Part shown: one piece after another, positions 45,643 through 60,639 of the stretch
Numbering within the stretch: position 1 is the stretch's first letter
Layout of the letters: every line of letters begins with the position of its first letter
Source: Escherichia coli
GTDB taxonomy: Bacteria; Pseudomonadota; Gammaproteobacteria; Enterobacterales; Enterobacteriaceae
Length of the DNA stretch: 64,000 nucleotides
NCBI RefSeq assembly: GCF_013122565.1
Contig: NZ_CP053258.1
Direction: 5' to 3' (one strand)
Translations under genes and position numbers: made by a program
Notes under the pieces: generated by a model
What the model saw: the letters and a program-made list of their open reading frames with translations, nothing else
Databases searched by the model: none
Told to the model about the DNA's origin: nothing

Positions 45643-45689
45643 TATTGTTCGTCTTCGCATTCTGTTTCACACGACGAAACGCCTCCCAT

Positions 45690-45737
45690 TCAGGGGAAGG
45701 TAAAAAAGAATGCGAAGAAAAACGGTGTGTGTTTCAT
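45690..45737 (-). CDS. pheL: pheA leader peptide PheL (15 aa, Phe-rich)
   Basis: Minus-strand atgaaacacacaccgtttttcttcgcattcttttttaccttcccctga gives MKHTPFFFAFFFTFP*; 7 of 15 codons are Phe. Confidence 0.85.
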   Translation of the reverse strand: MKHTPFFFAFFFTFP

Positions 45738-45840
45738 GTTTGTTTCCTTAAGTGACTTTAGTACAGTACCCGTACTGTTTTCACGCTGTCAACAAAAAAC
45801 GCGCCCGAAGGCGCGTTGGCGATACACTCAATATAAAGGA

Positions 45841-46236
<396 letters not shown>

Positions 46237-46404
46237 TCAAAATGTGTGATGGAAATCTCATAATTTTGTCACTTTTTGTCAACGAATCTTTTTTGTGAGA
46301 AATCGCAGGAAGAGGTGTTTTTTTACTTGAGGAATATCTCAAAGCGAGCCATATTTGATGAGATCGATAGTGACTAAATCGCTTCAGTTTCACAACTAAC
46401 AGAA

Positions 46405-46437
46405 TAAAAAAACGGCAGCTCAAGGGCTGCCGTTTTG
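46405..46437. terminator. Terminator downstream of bamD
   Basis: aaaaaaacggcagc-tcaagg-gctgccgttttg: hairpin flanked by A-run and T-run, 16 nt after the bamD stop. Confidence 0.6.
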
Positions 46438-46452
46438 TGTTTCAGGTTTTTG

Positions 46453-47190
46453 TTATGTATTGCTGCGGTTTGCAGCGATGATTTTCGCTACTTTTTCAGC
46501 TTGCGCATTCATCTGCATCTGGCGGTATGCATTTTCCATCAGCGGCAGCGCATCACGCGTAGCTTGGGTATCCGGGTAGTCGCGCAACATGCCTTCTACG
46601 CGGTTAACGACGGCAACCCATGCGCCACGTTCTGTATAGTACTCGGCAACGGAGTATTCATATTTCGCCAGACGATCTTTCAGGAATACCAGACGTTTGG
46701 TGGCATCGGTGGTGTACTGACTGTTCGGATAGCCGCGCACCAGTTTGGAAAAGTCACTAAACGCAGCTCGTGCATGTTGAGGATCGCGATCGCTACGATC
46801 GACGCCAAAGAACCCTTGCAGCGCACTGTCATCCAGCGCCATATTGGTCAGGCCACGCATGTACATAACATAATCGATATTCGGATGGGTCGGGTTAAGG
46901 CGAATAAAACGATCGATGGCAGCCTGTGCTAACGGCAAATCGGCGTTTTTATAGTAGGCGTAGATGAGATCCAGCTGCACCTGCTGCGAATACGGACCAA
47001 ACGGATAGCGATTATCTAACGCTTCCAGTTGCGTTATTGCCTGTCTCCAGTTACCGTCCTGCAGCTTTTGTTGTGCAGTCGCGTAAATTTCATTTGGCGG
47101 ATTATCAGGTACTTCTTCCTTTGACCCCGAGCAACCCGCCAAAAACAGGCTTAGTGTGGCGGCTGCCACCAGATATTTCATGCGCGTCAT
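46453..47190 (-). CDS. bamD: Outer-membrane protein assembly factor BamD (YfiO), TPR lipoprotein
   Basis: 245-aa ORF with lipobox LAGC. Confidence 0.9.
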   Translation of the reverse strand: MTRMKYLVAAATLSLFLAGCSGSKEEVPDNPPNEIYATAQQKLQDGNWRQAITQLEALDNRYPFGPYSQQVQLDLIYAYYKNADLPLAQAAIDRFIRLNPTHPNIDYVMYMRGLTNMALDDSALQGFFGVDRSDRDPQHARAAFSDFSKLVRGYPNSQYTTDATKRLVFLKDRLAKYEYSVAEYYTERGAWVAVVNRVEGMLRDYPDTQATRDALPLMENAYRQMQMNAQAEKVAKIIAANRSNT

Positions 47191-47324
47191 GACGTTTTGA
47201 CTTTCCTCAAAATGTAATACGGGAGATTCTCTGTTCCTGCTCCCGGTTAAGACCAGCTACAATAGCACACTATATTAAACGGCAAAGCCGTAAAACCCCA
47301 ACGATAAACGAAGAAGCAGTATAT

Positions 47325-48305
47325 ATGGCACAACGAGTACAGCTCACTGCAACGGTGTCCGAAAACCAACTCGGTCAACGCTTAGATCAGGCTTTGGCCG
47401 AAATGTTCCCGGATTATTCACGTTCGCGGATAAAAGAATGGATCCTCGACCAGCGCGTGCTGGTTAACGGCAAAGTTTGTGATAAGCCGAAAGAAAAAGT
47501 ATTGGGTGGCGAGCAGGTTGCCATCAACGCTGAGATTGAAGAAGAAGCGCGTTTTGAACCGCAGGATATCCCGCTGGATATCGTCTATGAAGATGAAGAC
47601 ATTATTATCATTAATAAACCGCGCGACCTGGTGGTACATCCTGGCGCGGGTAACCCGGATGGCACGGTACTGAATGCGTTGCTTCATTACTATCCACCCA
47701 TTGCCGATGTACCGCGTGCGGGCATCGTCCATCGTCTGGATAAAGACACCACTGGCCTGATGGTTGTGGCAAAAACCGTTCCGGCTCAGACGCGTTTAGT
47801 CGAATCTTTGCAACGGCGTGAAATTACTCGTGAGTATGAAGCGGTGGCGATTGGTCATATGACCGCAGGTGGCACGGTGGATGAGCCAATCAGTCGCCAC
47901 CCGACCAAACGTACTCACATGGCGGTGCATCCGATGGGCAAACCAGCGGTGACTCACTATCGCATCATGGAACACTTCCGTGTGCACACGCGTCTGCGGT
48001 TGCGTCTGGAAACTGGACGTACGCACCAGATCCGCGTGCATATGGCCCATATCACTCATCCGCTGGTGGGCGATCCGGTTTATGGTGGCCGTCCGCGTCC
48101 GCCAAAAGGTGCTTCGGAAGCGTTTATCTCCACGCTGCGTAAGTTTGACCGCCAGGCGCTTCATGCAACCATGCTGCGTCTTTATCACCCGATCTCCGGC
48201 ATCGAAATGGAATGGCATGCGCCTATTCCACAAGATATGGTGGAGCTGATTGAGGTGATGCGCGCCGATTTCGAAGAGCATAAGGATGAAGTGGACTGGT
48301 TATGA
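47325..48305 (+). CDS. rluD: 23S rRNA pseudouridine(1911/1915/1917) synthase RluD
   Basis: 326-aa ORF with S4 domain and RluA-family catalytic motif (…HRLDKDTTGLMVVAK…). Confidence 0.93.
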   Translation: MAQRVQLTATVSENQLGQRLDQALAEMFPDYSRSRIKEWILDQRVLVNGKVCDKPKEKVLGGEQVAINAEIEEEARFEPQDIPLDIVYEDEDIIIINKPRDLVVHPGAGNPDGTVLNALLHYYPPIADVPRAGIVHRLDKDTTGLMVVAKTVPAQTRLVESLQRREITREYEAVAIGHMTAGGTVDEPISRHPTKRTHMAVHPMGKPAVTHYRIMEHFRVHTRLRLRLETGRTHQIRVHMAHITHPLVGDPVYGGRPRPPKGASEAFISTLRKFDRQALHATMLRLYHPISGIEMEWHAPIPQDMVELIEVMRADFEEHKDEVDWL

Positions 48306-49033
48306 GTAAGCTGATTGTCCCGCAGTGGCCGCTGCCAAAAGGTGTTGCGGCCTGTAGCTCTACTCGTATCGGCGGCGTGAGCTTGCCCCCGTATGACTCG
48401 CTCAACCTCGGTGCTCATTGTGGCGATAATCCGGATCACGTTGAGGAGAATCGCAAGCGACTTTTTGCTGCGGGCAATTTGCCTTCTAAACCGGTCTGGC
48501 TTGAGCAGGTACACGGCAAAGATGTGCTTAAGCTTACTGGCGAACCTTATGCCTCAAAACGAGCAGATGCCTCTTATAGCAATACGCCCGGCACGGTTTG
48601 CGCAGTGATGACTGCCGACTGCCTCCCTGTGCTGTTTTGCAATCGAGCGGGAACGGAAGTCGCCGCCGCTCATGCTGGTTGGCGTGGACTGTGCGCAGGC
48701 GTGCTGGAAGAGACGGTTTCCTGTTTTGCTGATAATCCGGAAAATATTCTCGCCTGGTTAGGGCCGGCAATTGGTCCACGCGCGTTCGAAGTGGGGGCGG
48801 AGGTTCGCGAGGCGTTTATGGCAGCAGACGCCAAAGCGAGTACAGCTTTCATTCAGCATGGTGATAAGTATCTGGCAGATATTTATCAGCTTGCCCGGCA
48901 GCGTCTGGCGAGCGTTGGTGTTGAACAAATTTTCGGCGGCGACCGTTGTACATATACGGAAAATGAGACTTTCTTCTCTTATCGTCGCGACAAGACCACC
49001 GGTCGTATGGCAAGTTTCATTTGGCTGATATAA
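48302..49033 (+). CDS. pgeF: Laccase-domain / purine nucleoside phosphorylase-like protein YfiH (PgeF)
   Basis: 243-aa ORF; ATGA overlap with rluD stop. Confidence 0.88.
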   Translation: MSKLIVPQWPLPKGVAACSSTRIGGVSLPPYDSLNLGAHCGDNPDHVEENRKRLFAAGNLPSKPVWLEQVHGKDVLKLTGEPYASKRADASYSNTPGTVCAVMTADCLPVLFCNRAGTEVAAAHAGWRGLCAGVLEETVSCFADNPENILAWLGPAIGPRAFEVGAEVREAFMAADAKASTAFIQHGDKYLADIYQLARQRLASVGVEQIFGGDRCTYTENETFFSYRRDKTTGRMASFIWLI

Positions 49034-49095
49034 CCTAAAGAATCAAGACGATCCGGTACGCGTGATTTTCTTTTCACATTAATCTGGTCAATAAC

Positions 49096-49124
49096 CTTGA
49101 ATAATTGAGGGATGACCTCATTTA
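49096..49124 (+). promoter_or_regulatory. Sigma-32 heat-shock promoter of clpB
   Basis: cttgaa (49096-49101) -N14- cctcattta (49116-49124); matches sigma-32 consensus CTTGAA…CCCCATNT. Confidence 0.7.
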
Positions 49125-49162
49125 ATCTCCAGTAGCAACTTTGATCCGTTATGGGAGGAGTT

Positions 49163-51736
49163 ATGCGTCTGGATCGTCTTACTAATAAATTCCAGCTTGC
49201 TCTTGCCGATGCCCAATCACTTGCACTCGGGCACGACAACCAATTCATCGAACCACTTCATTTAATGAGCGCCCTGCTGAATCAGGAAGGGGGTTCGGTT
49301 AGTCCTTTGTTAACATCCGCTGGCATTAATGCTGGCCAGTTGCGCACAGATATCAATCAGGCATTAAATCGTTTACCGCAGGTTGAAGGTACTGGTGGTG
49401 ATGTCCAGCCATCACAAGATCTGGTGCGCGTTCTTAATCTTTGCGACAAGCTGGCGCAAAAACGTGGTGATAACTTTATCTCGTCAGAACTGTTCGTTCT
49501 GGCGGCACTTGAGTCTCGCGGCACGCTGGCCGACATCCTGAAAGCAGCAGGGGCGACCACCGCCAACATTACTCAAGCGATTGAACAAATGCGTGGAGGT
49601 GAAAGCGTGAACGATCAAGGTGCTGAAGACCAACGTCAGGCTTTGAAAAAATATACCATCGACCTTACCGAACGAGCCGAACAAGGCAAACTCGATCCGG
49701 TGATTGGTCGTGATGAAGAAATTCGCCGTACCATTCAGGTGCTGCAACGTCGTACTAAAAATAACCCGGTACTGATTGGTGAACCCGGCGTCGGTAAAAC
49801 TGCCATCGTTGAAGGTCTGGCGCAGCGTATTATCAACGGCGAAGTGCCGGAAGGGTTGAAAGGCCGCCGGGTACTGGCGCTGGATATGGGCGCGCTGGTG
49901 GCTGGGGCGAAATATCGCGGTGAGTTTGAAGAACGTTTAAAAGGCGTGCTTAACGATCTTGCCAAACAGGAAGGCAACGTCATCCTGTTTATCGACGAAT
50001 TACATACCATGGTCGGCGCGGGTAAAGCCGATGGCGCAATGGACGCCGGAAACATGCTGAAACCGGCGCTGGCGCGTGGTGAATTGCACTGCGTAGGTGC
50101 CACGACGCTTGACGAATATCGCCAGTACATCGAAAAAGATGCTGCGCTGGAACGTCGTTTCCAGAAAGTGTTTGTTGCCGAGCCTTCTGTTGAAGATACC
50201 ATTGCGATTCTGCGTGGCCTGAAAGAACGTTACGAATTGCACCACCATGTGCAAATTACTGACCCGGCAATTGTTGCAGCGGCGACGTTGTCTCATCGCT
50301 ACATTGCTGACCGTCAGCTGCCGGATAAAGCCATCGACCTGATCGATGAAGCAGCATCCAGCATTCGTATGCAGATTGACTCAAAACCAGAAGAACTCGA
50401 CCGACTCGATCGTCGTATCATCCAGCTCAAACTGGAACAACAGGCGTTAATGAAAGAGTCTGATGAAGCCAGTAAAAAACGCCTGGATATGCTCAACGAA
50501 GAACTGAGCGACAAAGAACGTCAGTACTCCGAGTTAGAAGAAGAGTGGAAAGCAGAGAAGGCATCGCTTTCTGGTACGCAGACCATTAAAGCGGAACTGG
50601 AACAGGCGAAAATCGCTATTGAACAGGCTCGCCGTGTGGGTGACCTGGCGCGGATGTCTGAACTGCAATACGGCAAAATCCCGGAACTGGAAAAGCAACT
50701 GGAAGCCGCAACGCAGCTCGAAGGCAAAACTATGCGTCTGTTGCGTAATAAAGTGACCGACGCCGAAATTGCTGAAGTGCTGGCGCGTTGGACGGGGATT
50801 CCGGTTTCTCGCATGATGGAAAGCGAGCGCGAAAAACTGCTGCGTATGGAGCAAGAACTGCACCATCGCGTAATTGGTCAGAACGAAGCGGTTGATGCGG
50901 TATCTAACGCTATTCGTCGTAGCCGTGCGGGGCTGGCGGATCCAAATCGCCCGATTGGTTCATTCCTGTTCCTCGGCCCAACTGGTGTGGGGAAAACAGA
51001 GCTTTGTAAGGCGCTGGCGAACTTTATGTTTGATAGCGACGAGGCGATGGTCCGTATCGATATGTCCGAGTTTATGGAGAAACACTCGGTGTCTCGTCTG
51101 GTTGGTGCGCCTCCGGGATATGTCGGTTATGAAGAAGGTGGCTACCTGACCGAAGCTGTGCGTCGTCGTCCGTATTCCGTCATCCTGCTGGATGAAGTGG
51201 AAAAAGCGCATCCGGATGTCTTCAATATTCTGTTGCAGGTACTGGATGATGGGCGTCTGACTGACGGGCAGGGGAGAACGGTCGACTTCCGTAATACGGT
51301 TGTCATTATGACCTCTAACCTCGGTTCCGATCTGATTCAGGAACGCTTCGGTGAACTGGATTATGCGCACATGAAAGAGCTGGTGCTCGGTGTGGTTAGC
51401 CATAACTTCCGTCCGGAATTCATTAACCGTATCGATGAAGTGGTGGTCTTCCATCCGCTGGGTGAACAGCACATTGCGTCGATTGCGCAGATTCAATTGA
51501 AACGTCTGTATAAACGTCTGGAAGAACGTGGTTATGAAATCCACATTTCTGACGAGGCGCTGAAACTGCTGAGCGAGAACGGTTACGATCCGGTCTATGG
51601 TGCACGTCCTCTGAAACGTGCAATTCAGCAGCAGATCGAAAACCCGCTGGCACAGCAAATACTGTCTGGTGAATTGGTTCCGGGTAAAGTGATTCGCCTG
51701 GAAGTTAATGAAGACCGGATTGTCGCCGTCCAGTAA
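49163..51736 (+). CDS. clpB: Disaggregase chaperone ClpB (AAA+)
   Basis: Start at [34 protein letters not shown]… (857 aa); two Walker A motifs ([16 protein letters not shown]). Confidence 0.96.
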
Positions 51737-51741
51737 ATGAT

Positions 51742-51769
51742 AAAACGAGCCCTTCGGGGCTCGTTTTTG
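51742..51769 (+). terminator. Intrinsic terminator of clpB
   Basis: aaaacgagccc-ttcg-gggctcgttttt perfect hairpin with T-run, 6 nt after the stop. Confidence 0.8.
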
Positions 51770-51851
51770 TCTATAAGTTAGACGGAAAAGACTATATTTA
51801 AGATGTTTTGCCTGAAAAGTAAGCGAACGATAAAGTTTTTATATTTTTCGC

Positions 51852-51998
51852 TTGTCAGGCCGGAATAACTCCCTATAATGCGCCACCACTGACACGGAAC
51901 AACGGCAAACACGCCGCCGGGTCAGCGGGGTTCTCCTGAGAATTCCGGCAGAGAAAGCAAAAATAAATGCTTGACTCTGTAGCGGGAAAGCGTATTAT
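51852..51998 (+). promoter_or_regulatory. rRNA operon tandem promoters P1 and P2
   Basis: P1: ttgtca (51852-51857) -N26- tataat (51884-51889) with GC-rich discriminator gcgccacc; P2: ttgact (51971-51976) -N16- tattat (51993-51998). AT-rich UP/Fis region upstream (51780-51850). Confidence 0.8.
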
Positions 51999-52179
51999 GC
52001 ACACCCCGCGCCGCTGAGAAAAAGCGAAGCGGCACTGCTCTTTAACAATTTATCAGACAATCTGTGTGGGCACTCGAAGATACGGATTCTTAACGTCGCA
52101 AGACGAAAAATGAATACCAAGTCTCAAGAGTGAACACGTAATTCATTACGAAGTTTAATTCTTTGAGCATCAAACTTTT

Positions 52180-53721
<1,542 letters not shown>

Positions 53722-53806
53722 CCTTAAAGAAGCGTTCTTTGAAGTGCTCACACAGATTGTCTGATAGAAAGTGAAAAGCAAGGCGTCTTGCGAAGCAGAC
53801 TGATAC

Positions 53807-53882
53807 GTCCCCTTCGTCTAGAGGCCCAGGACACCGCCCTTTCACGGCGGTAACAGGGGTTCGAATCCCCTAGGGGACGCCA
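53807..53882 (+). tRNA. gltW: tRNA-Glu (anticodon UUC) in 16S-23S spacer
   Basis: GTCCCCTTCGTCTAGAGGCCCAGGACACCGCCCTTTCACGGCGGTAACAGGGGTTCGAATCCCCTAGGGGACGCCA; anticodon loop CT-TTC-AC. Confidence 0.95.
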
Positions 53883-54066
53883 CTTGCTGGTTTGTGAGTG
53901 AAAGTCACCTGCCTTAATATCTCAAAACTCATCTTCGGGTGATGTTTGAGATATTTGCTCTTTAAAAATCTGGATCAAGCTGAAAATTGAAACACTGAAC
54001 AACGAATGTTGTTCGTGAGTCTCTCAAATTTTCGCAACTCTGAAGTGAAACATCTTCGGGTTGTGA

Positions 54067-56970
<2,904 letters not shown>

Positions 56971-57063
56971 ACAACGCCGAAGCTGTTTTGGCGGATTGAG
57001 AGAAGATTTTCAGCCTGATACAGATTAAATCAGAACGCAGAAGCGGTCTGATAAAACAGAATT

Positions 57064-57183
57064 TGCCTGGCGGCCTTAGCGCGGTGGTCCCACCTGACCC
57101 CATGCCGAACTCAGAAGTGAAACGCCGTAGCGCCGATGGTAGTGTGGGGTCTCCCCATGCGAGAGTAGGGAACTGCCAGGCAT
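57064..57183 (+). rRNA. rrfG: 5S ribosomal RNA (120 nt)
   Basis: TGCCTGGCGGCCTTAGCGCGGTGGTCCCACCTGACCCCATGCCGAACTCAGAAGTGAAACGCCGTAGCGCCGATGGTAGTGTGGGGTCTCCCCATGCGAGAGTAGGGAACTGCCAGGCAT. Confidence 0.96.
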
Positions 57184-57197
57184 CAAATTAAGCGAAA

Positions 57198-57222
57198 GGC
57201 CATCCTGACGGATGGCCTTTTT
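57198..57222 (+). terminator. rRNA operon intrinsic terminator
   Basis: ggccatcc-tgac-ggatggcc hairpin followed by ttttt, 15 nt after the 5S 3' end. Confidence 0.8.
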
Positions 57223-57242
57223 GCATTGGCGCAGAAAAAAAT

Positions 57243-57270
57243 GCCTGATGCGACGCTGCGCGTCTTATAC
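57243..57270. repeat. REP element
   Basis: gcctgatgcgacgctgcgcgtcttatac, classic REP-type sequence. Confidence 0.5.
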
Positions 57271-57506
57271 TCCCACATATGCCAGATTCAGCAGCGAATA
57301 CGGCTTCCCCAACTTGCTCACTTCCATACGTGTCCTCCTTACCAGAAATCTATCGTTAAGCTCCTCAATAACCATTTTCCTGCTAACTAAATTCATGGTT
57401 AAGGTTGCATAATGATACGCAACAAATGTATAACATTTTCTTCACCAAAAGAAATAAACAAAAGCGACCGACAAAAGCATCGGATTACGGCAGGAGACAT
57501 AATGGC

Positions 57507-58805
57507 ATGGCTGAAAGTACTGTAACGGCAGACAGCAAACTGACAAGTAGTGATACTCGTCGCCGCATTTGGGCAATTGTGGGGGCCTCTTCAGGTAATC
57601 TGGTCGAGTGGTTCGATTTCTATGTCTACTCGTTCTGTTCACTCTACTTCGCCCACATCTTCTTCCCTTCCGGGAACACGACGACTCAACTACTACAAAC
57701 AGCAGGTGTTTTTGCTGCGGGATTCCTGATGCGCCCAATAGGCGGTTGGCTATTTGGCCGCATAGCCGATAAACATGGTCGCAAAAAATCGATGCTGCTA
57801 TCGGTGTGTATGATGTGTTTCGGCTCACTGGTAATCGCCTGTTTGCCTGGTTATGAAACAATCGGTACGTGGGCTCCGGCATTATTGCTTCTCGCGCGTT
57901 TATTTCAGGGATTATCCGTTGGCGGAGAATATGGCACCAGCGCCACCTATATGAGTGAAGTTGCCGTTGAAGGGCGCAAAGGTTTTTACGCATCATTTCA
58001 GTATGTGACGTTGATCGGCGGACAACTGCTAGCCCTACTGGTTGTCGTGGTTTTACAACACACCATGGAAGACGCTGCACTCAGAGAGTGGGGATGGCGT
58101 ATTCCTTTCGCGTTAGGAGCTGTGTTAGCTGTTGTGGCGTTGTGGTTACGTCGTCAGTTAGATGAAACTTCGCAACAAGAAACGCGCGCTTTAAAAGAAG
58201 CTGGATCTCTGAAAGGATTATGGCGCAATCGCCGTGCATTCATCATGGTTCTCGGTTTTACCGCTGCGGGCTCCCTTTGTTTCTATACCTTCACCACTTA
58301 TATGCAGAAGTATCTGGTAAACACTGCGGGAATGCATGCCAACGTGGCGAGTGGCATTATGACTGCCGCATTGTTTGTATTTATGCTTATTCAACCACTC
58401 ATTGGCGCGCTGTCGGATAAGATTGGTCGCCGTACCTCAATGTTATGTTTCGGTTCGCTGGCAGCCATTTTTACCGTTCCTATTCTCTCAGCATTGCAAA
58501 ACGTTTCCTCGCCTTATGCCGCTTTTGGTCTGGTGATGTGTGCCCTGCTGATCGTGAGTTTTTATACTTCAATCAGTGGAATACTGAAGGCTGAGATGTT
58601 TCCCGCACAGGTTCGTGCATTAGGTGTTGGTCTGTCATATGCGGTCGCCAATGCTATATTTGGTGGTTCGGCGGAGTACGTAGCGTTGTCGCTGAAATCA
58701 ATAGGAATGGAAACAGCCTTCTTCTGGTATGTGACCTTGATGGCCGTGGTGGCGTTTCTGGTTTCTTTGATGCTACATCGCAAAGGGAAGGGGATGCGTC
58801 TTTAG
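57507..58805 (+). CDS. kgtP: Alpha-ketoglutarate:H+ symporter (MFS)
   Basis: Start at [41 protein letters not shown]… (432 aa); the 466-aa track ORF is N-terminally over-extended. Confidence 0.9.
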
Positions 58806-59146
58806 TGACGGGTCAGTTGCCAGACGGTATAGCCGGTGCTTGCACCGGCGACATCCCAGGCCAAATCTTTCCAGCTCCAGCCGCTCCCTTCGGGGCGGCT
58901 ATCCCAAAGCTCTTTTGACGCCCCCAGACTGACAGAGAACATCAATCCAAACATGGCACTGCGATCCCGGCTCATCCCCTGATGCTGTGAATATTCATTT
59001 CCGGCGGCGGAAAGCATCGCCGAGGCGATAAAGTGTTGAGCTTTATCCTGCCCGCTCCAGCTATCGTTAGCCATATGGCTGCATCCAGAAAGTAACAATA
59101 GCGAACAGACAAAAAGAATACGCAAAACGTGGCCTCCAAAAAACAA
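58802..59146 (-). CDS. yfiM: Lipoprotein YfiM
   Basis: ORF with lipobox LLSGC (…[20 protein letters not shown]…); the true start may be a few codons inside the 114-aa track ORF. Confidence 0.7.
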
Positions 59147-59147
59147 A

Positions 59148-59164
59148 CCCCGTACAGGACGGGG
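59148..59164 (-). terminator. Hairpin between pssA and yfiM
   Basis: ccccgt-acagg-acgggg stem; on the minus strand it is followed by a T-rich tract (tttgttttttgg), 7 nt after the pssA stop. Confidence 0.45.
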
Positions 59165-59170
59165 TTGTGA

Positions 59171-60526
59171 TTACAGGATGCGGCTAATTAATCGGTCGAT
59201 GCGGATACGGCGCAAACGGCGGATGAGTTTACGAACCTTCACCGGATAATCGGCAATACTTTGCAGATCGCGATAGTGCTTAACGATGGTGGTATGCTCG
59301 CGGATCAGCTCCAGTTCTTTCTCTCGCTGTGGCGCAAGCTCCAGTTGCGGATCGTGGATCAAAATGGCGTTTTCCAGATCCAGACGCCAGGCGCGCGGGT
59401 TCAGGTTATTACCGGTGATCAACATCCACTTATCATCAACCCACATCCCTTTCAGGTGATAGGTGTTGTCGTCATCTTTCCATAACCGAACCACTAGCTG
59501 GTCAGTATTGACGTAATACTGCAAACGGCTCAGGAAACGACGCAGATTGATCTCATATAGATAAGGCAATGCGCCAATTATCTTGAAAGGTTCATCTTCC
59601 GGAATGTAGAAGTCATTCGCGGTTTTATCACCAACAATAATTTCGACCTTTTTCCCTTCGCGCAGCAACTGGATAATATTGCGCACAAGGATTGCTGGCA
59701 GGTTGAAGTATGGCGTACAGATGGTTAGTTTCTGCTCGGCACAAGGCATAAGATGGAAAATGGTCTTGTTCAACAGACTCGATTTCCCCAGCCCCACTAG
59801 CGGCGTTACGGAAAGCTGATCGTTGTCGGCATCGCCCTGGAAATGATAAGCGGCATCACGCAGCTCCTGGCGGAACAGACGAATATCGTTCTTGATTTCC
59901 GGGCTTTTTGGCCGATTAACATCATCCAGACGATTAACGCCGCGGCCATTCATAATATTCTGTGTAACCCATTCAAACATAATGTCTGACATCTTACGGT
60001 TACGGATCAGATGATAACGGTCGTAGCGATATTTATCGTGCTGATGCAGGTAAACATCGTTCAGGCTGGCACCGCTATAAAGTACGCTATCGTCGATGAT
60101 AAAGCCTTTAAAGTGCAGAACACCAAGGGCTTCACGGGTATTGATTGGAACGCCATAAACTGGAACATCTACGCCCGGATTTTCCTGCGCCATGCGGCAG
60201 TACCAGTCAGCGTTAGTGTTAGATGCCGCAGCGCCAATACGTCCACGTTGTGCACGATGCCAGTCGACCAGCACCCGTACATCCAGTTCCGGACGCTGCC
60301 TTTTAGCCTCATACAACGCGTTCAGAATGCCTTTGCCACCGTCATCCTGTTCGAGATACAGGGCGACAATGCAAATGCGCTGCTTCGCGCTGGCTATTTT
60401 TTCCAGCAGCGTCTCCCGGAAGTCGGCGGGAGCGTAAAAGAAATCGACATCATCAACTGATTGAGAAATCTTGGGTAGTTGGGCAAGGTGTTGTTGATGT
60501 TTATTACGCTTAAATTTTGACAACAT
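59171..60526 (-). CDS. pssA: Phosphatidylserine synthase (PLD superfamily)
   Basis: Begins MLSKFKRNKHQQHLAQLPKISQSVDDVDFFYAPADFRETLLEKIASAKQRICIVALY…; 451 aa from the second Met of the track ORF. Confidence 0.93.
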   Translation of the reverse strand: MLSKFKRNKHQQHLAQLPKISQSVDDVDFFYAPADFRETLLEKIASAKQRICIVALYLEQDDGGKGILNALYEAKRQRPELDVRVLVDWHRAQRGRIGAAASNTNADWYCRMAQENPGVDVPVYGVPINTREALGVLHFKGFIIDDSVLYSGASLNDVYLHQHDKYRYDRYHLIRNRKMSDIMFEWVTQNIMNGRGVNRLDDVNRPKSPEIKNDIRLFRQELRDAAYHFQGDADNDQLSVTPLVGLGKSSLLNKTIFHLMPCAEQKLTICTPYFNLPAILVRNIIQLLREGKKVEIIVGDKTANDFYIPEDEPFKIIGALPYLYEINLRRFLSRLQYYVNTDQLVVRLWKDDDNTYHLKGMWVDDKWMLITGNNLNPRAWRLDLENAILIHDPQLELAPQREKELELIREHTTIVKHYRDLQSIADYPVKVRKLIRRLRRIRIDRLISRIL

Positions 60527-60639
60527 CACAGTGCATTTCTTCTCTGTTCATTGAAGGGTCCTCTGTGCAATGCAGACGACATAAGCGGGCAATAATAACA
60601 CCAGTCCCGATTAAGTGGTCAACATTTCCAGTACCTTAC

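Noticed and set aside
50960-51658. 232-aa minus-strand ORF and others antisense to clpB
   Set aside because: Shadow ORFs within clpB.
57442-58080. 212-aa minus-strand ORF
   Set aside because: Antisense to kgtP (MFS transporter with clear hydrophobic periodicity on the plus strand).
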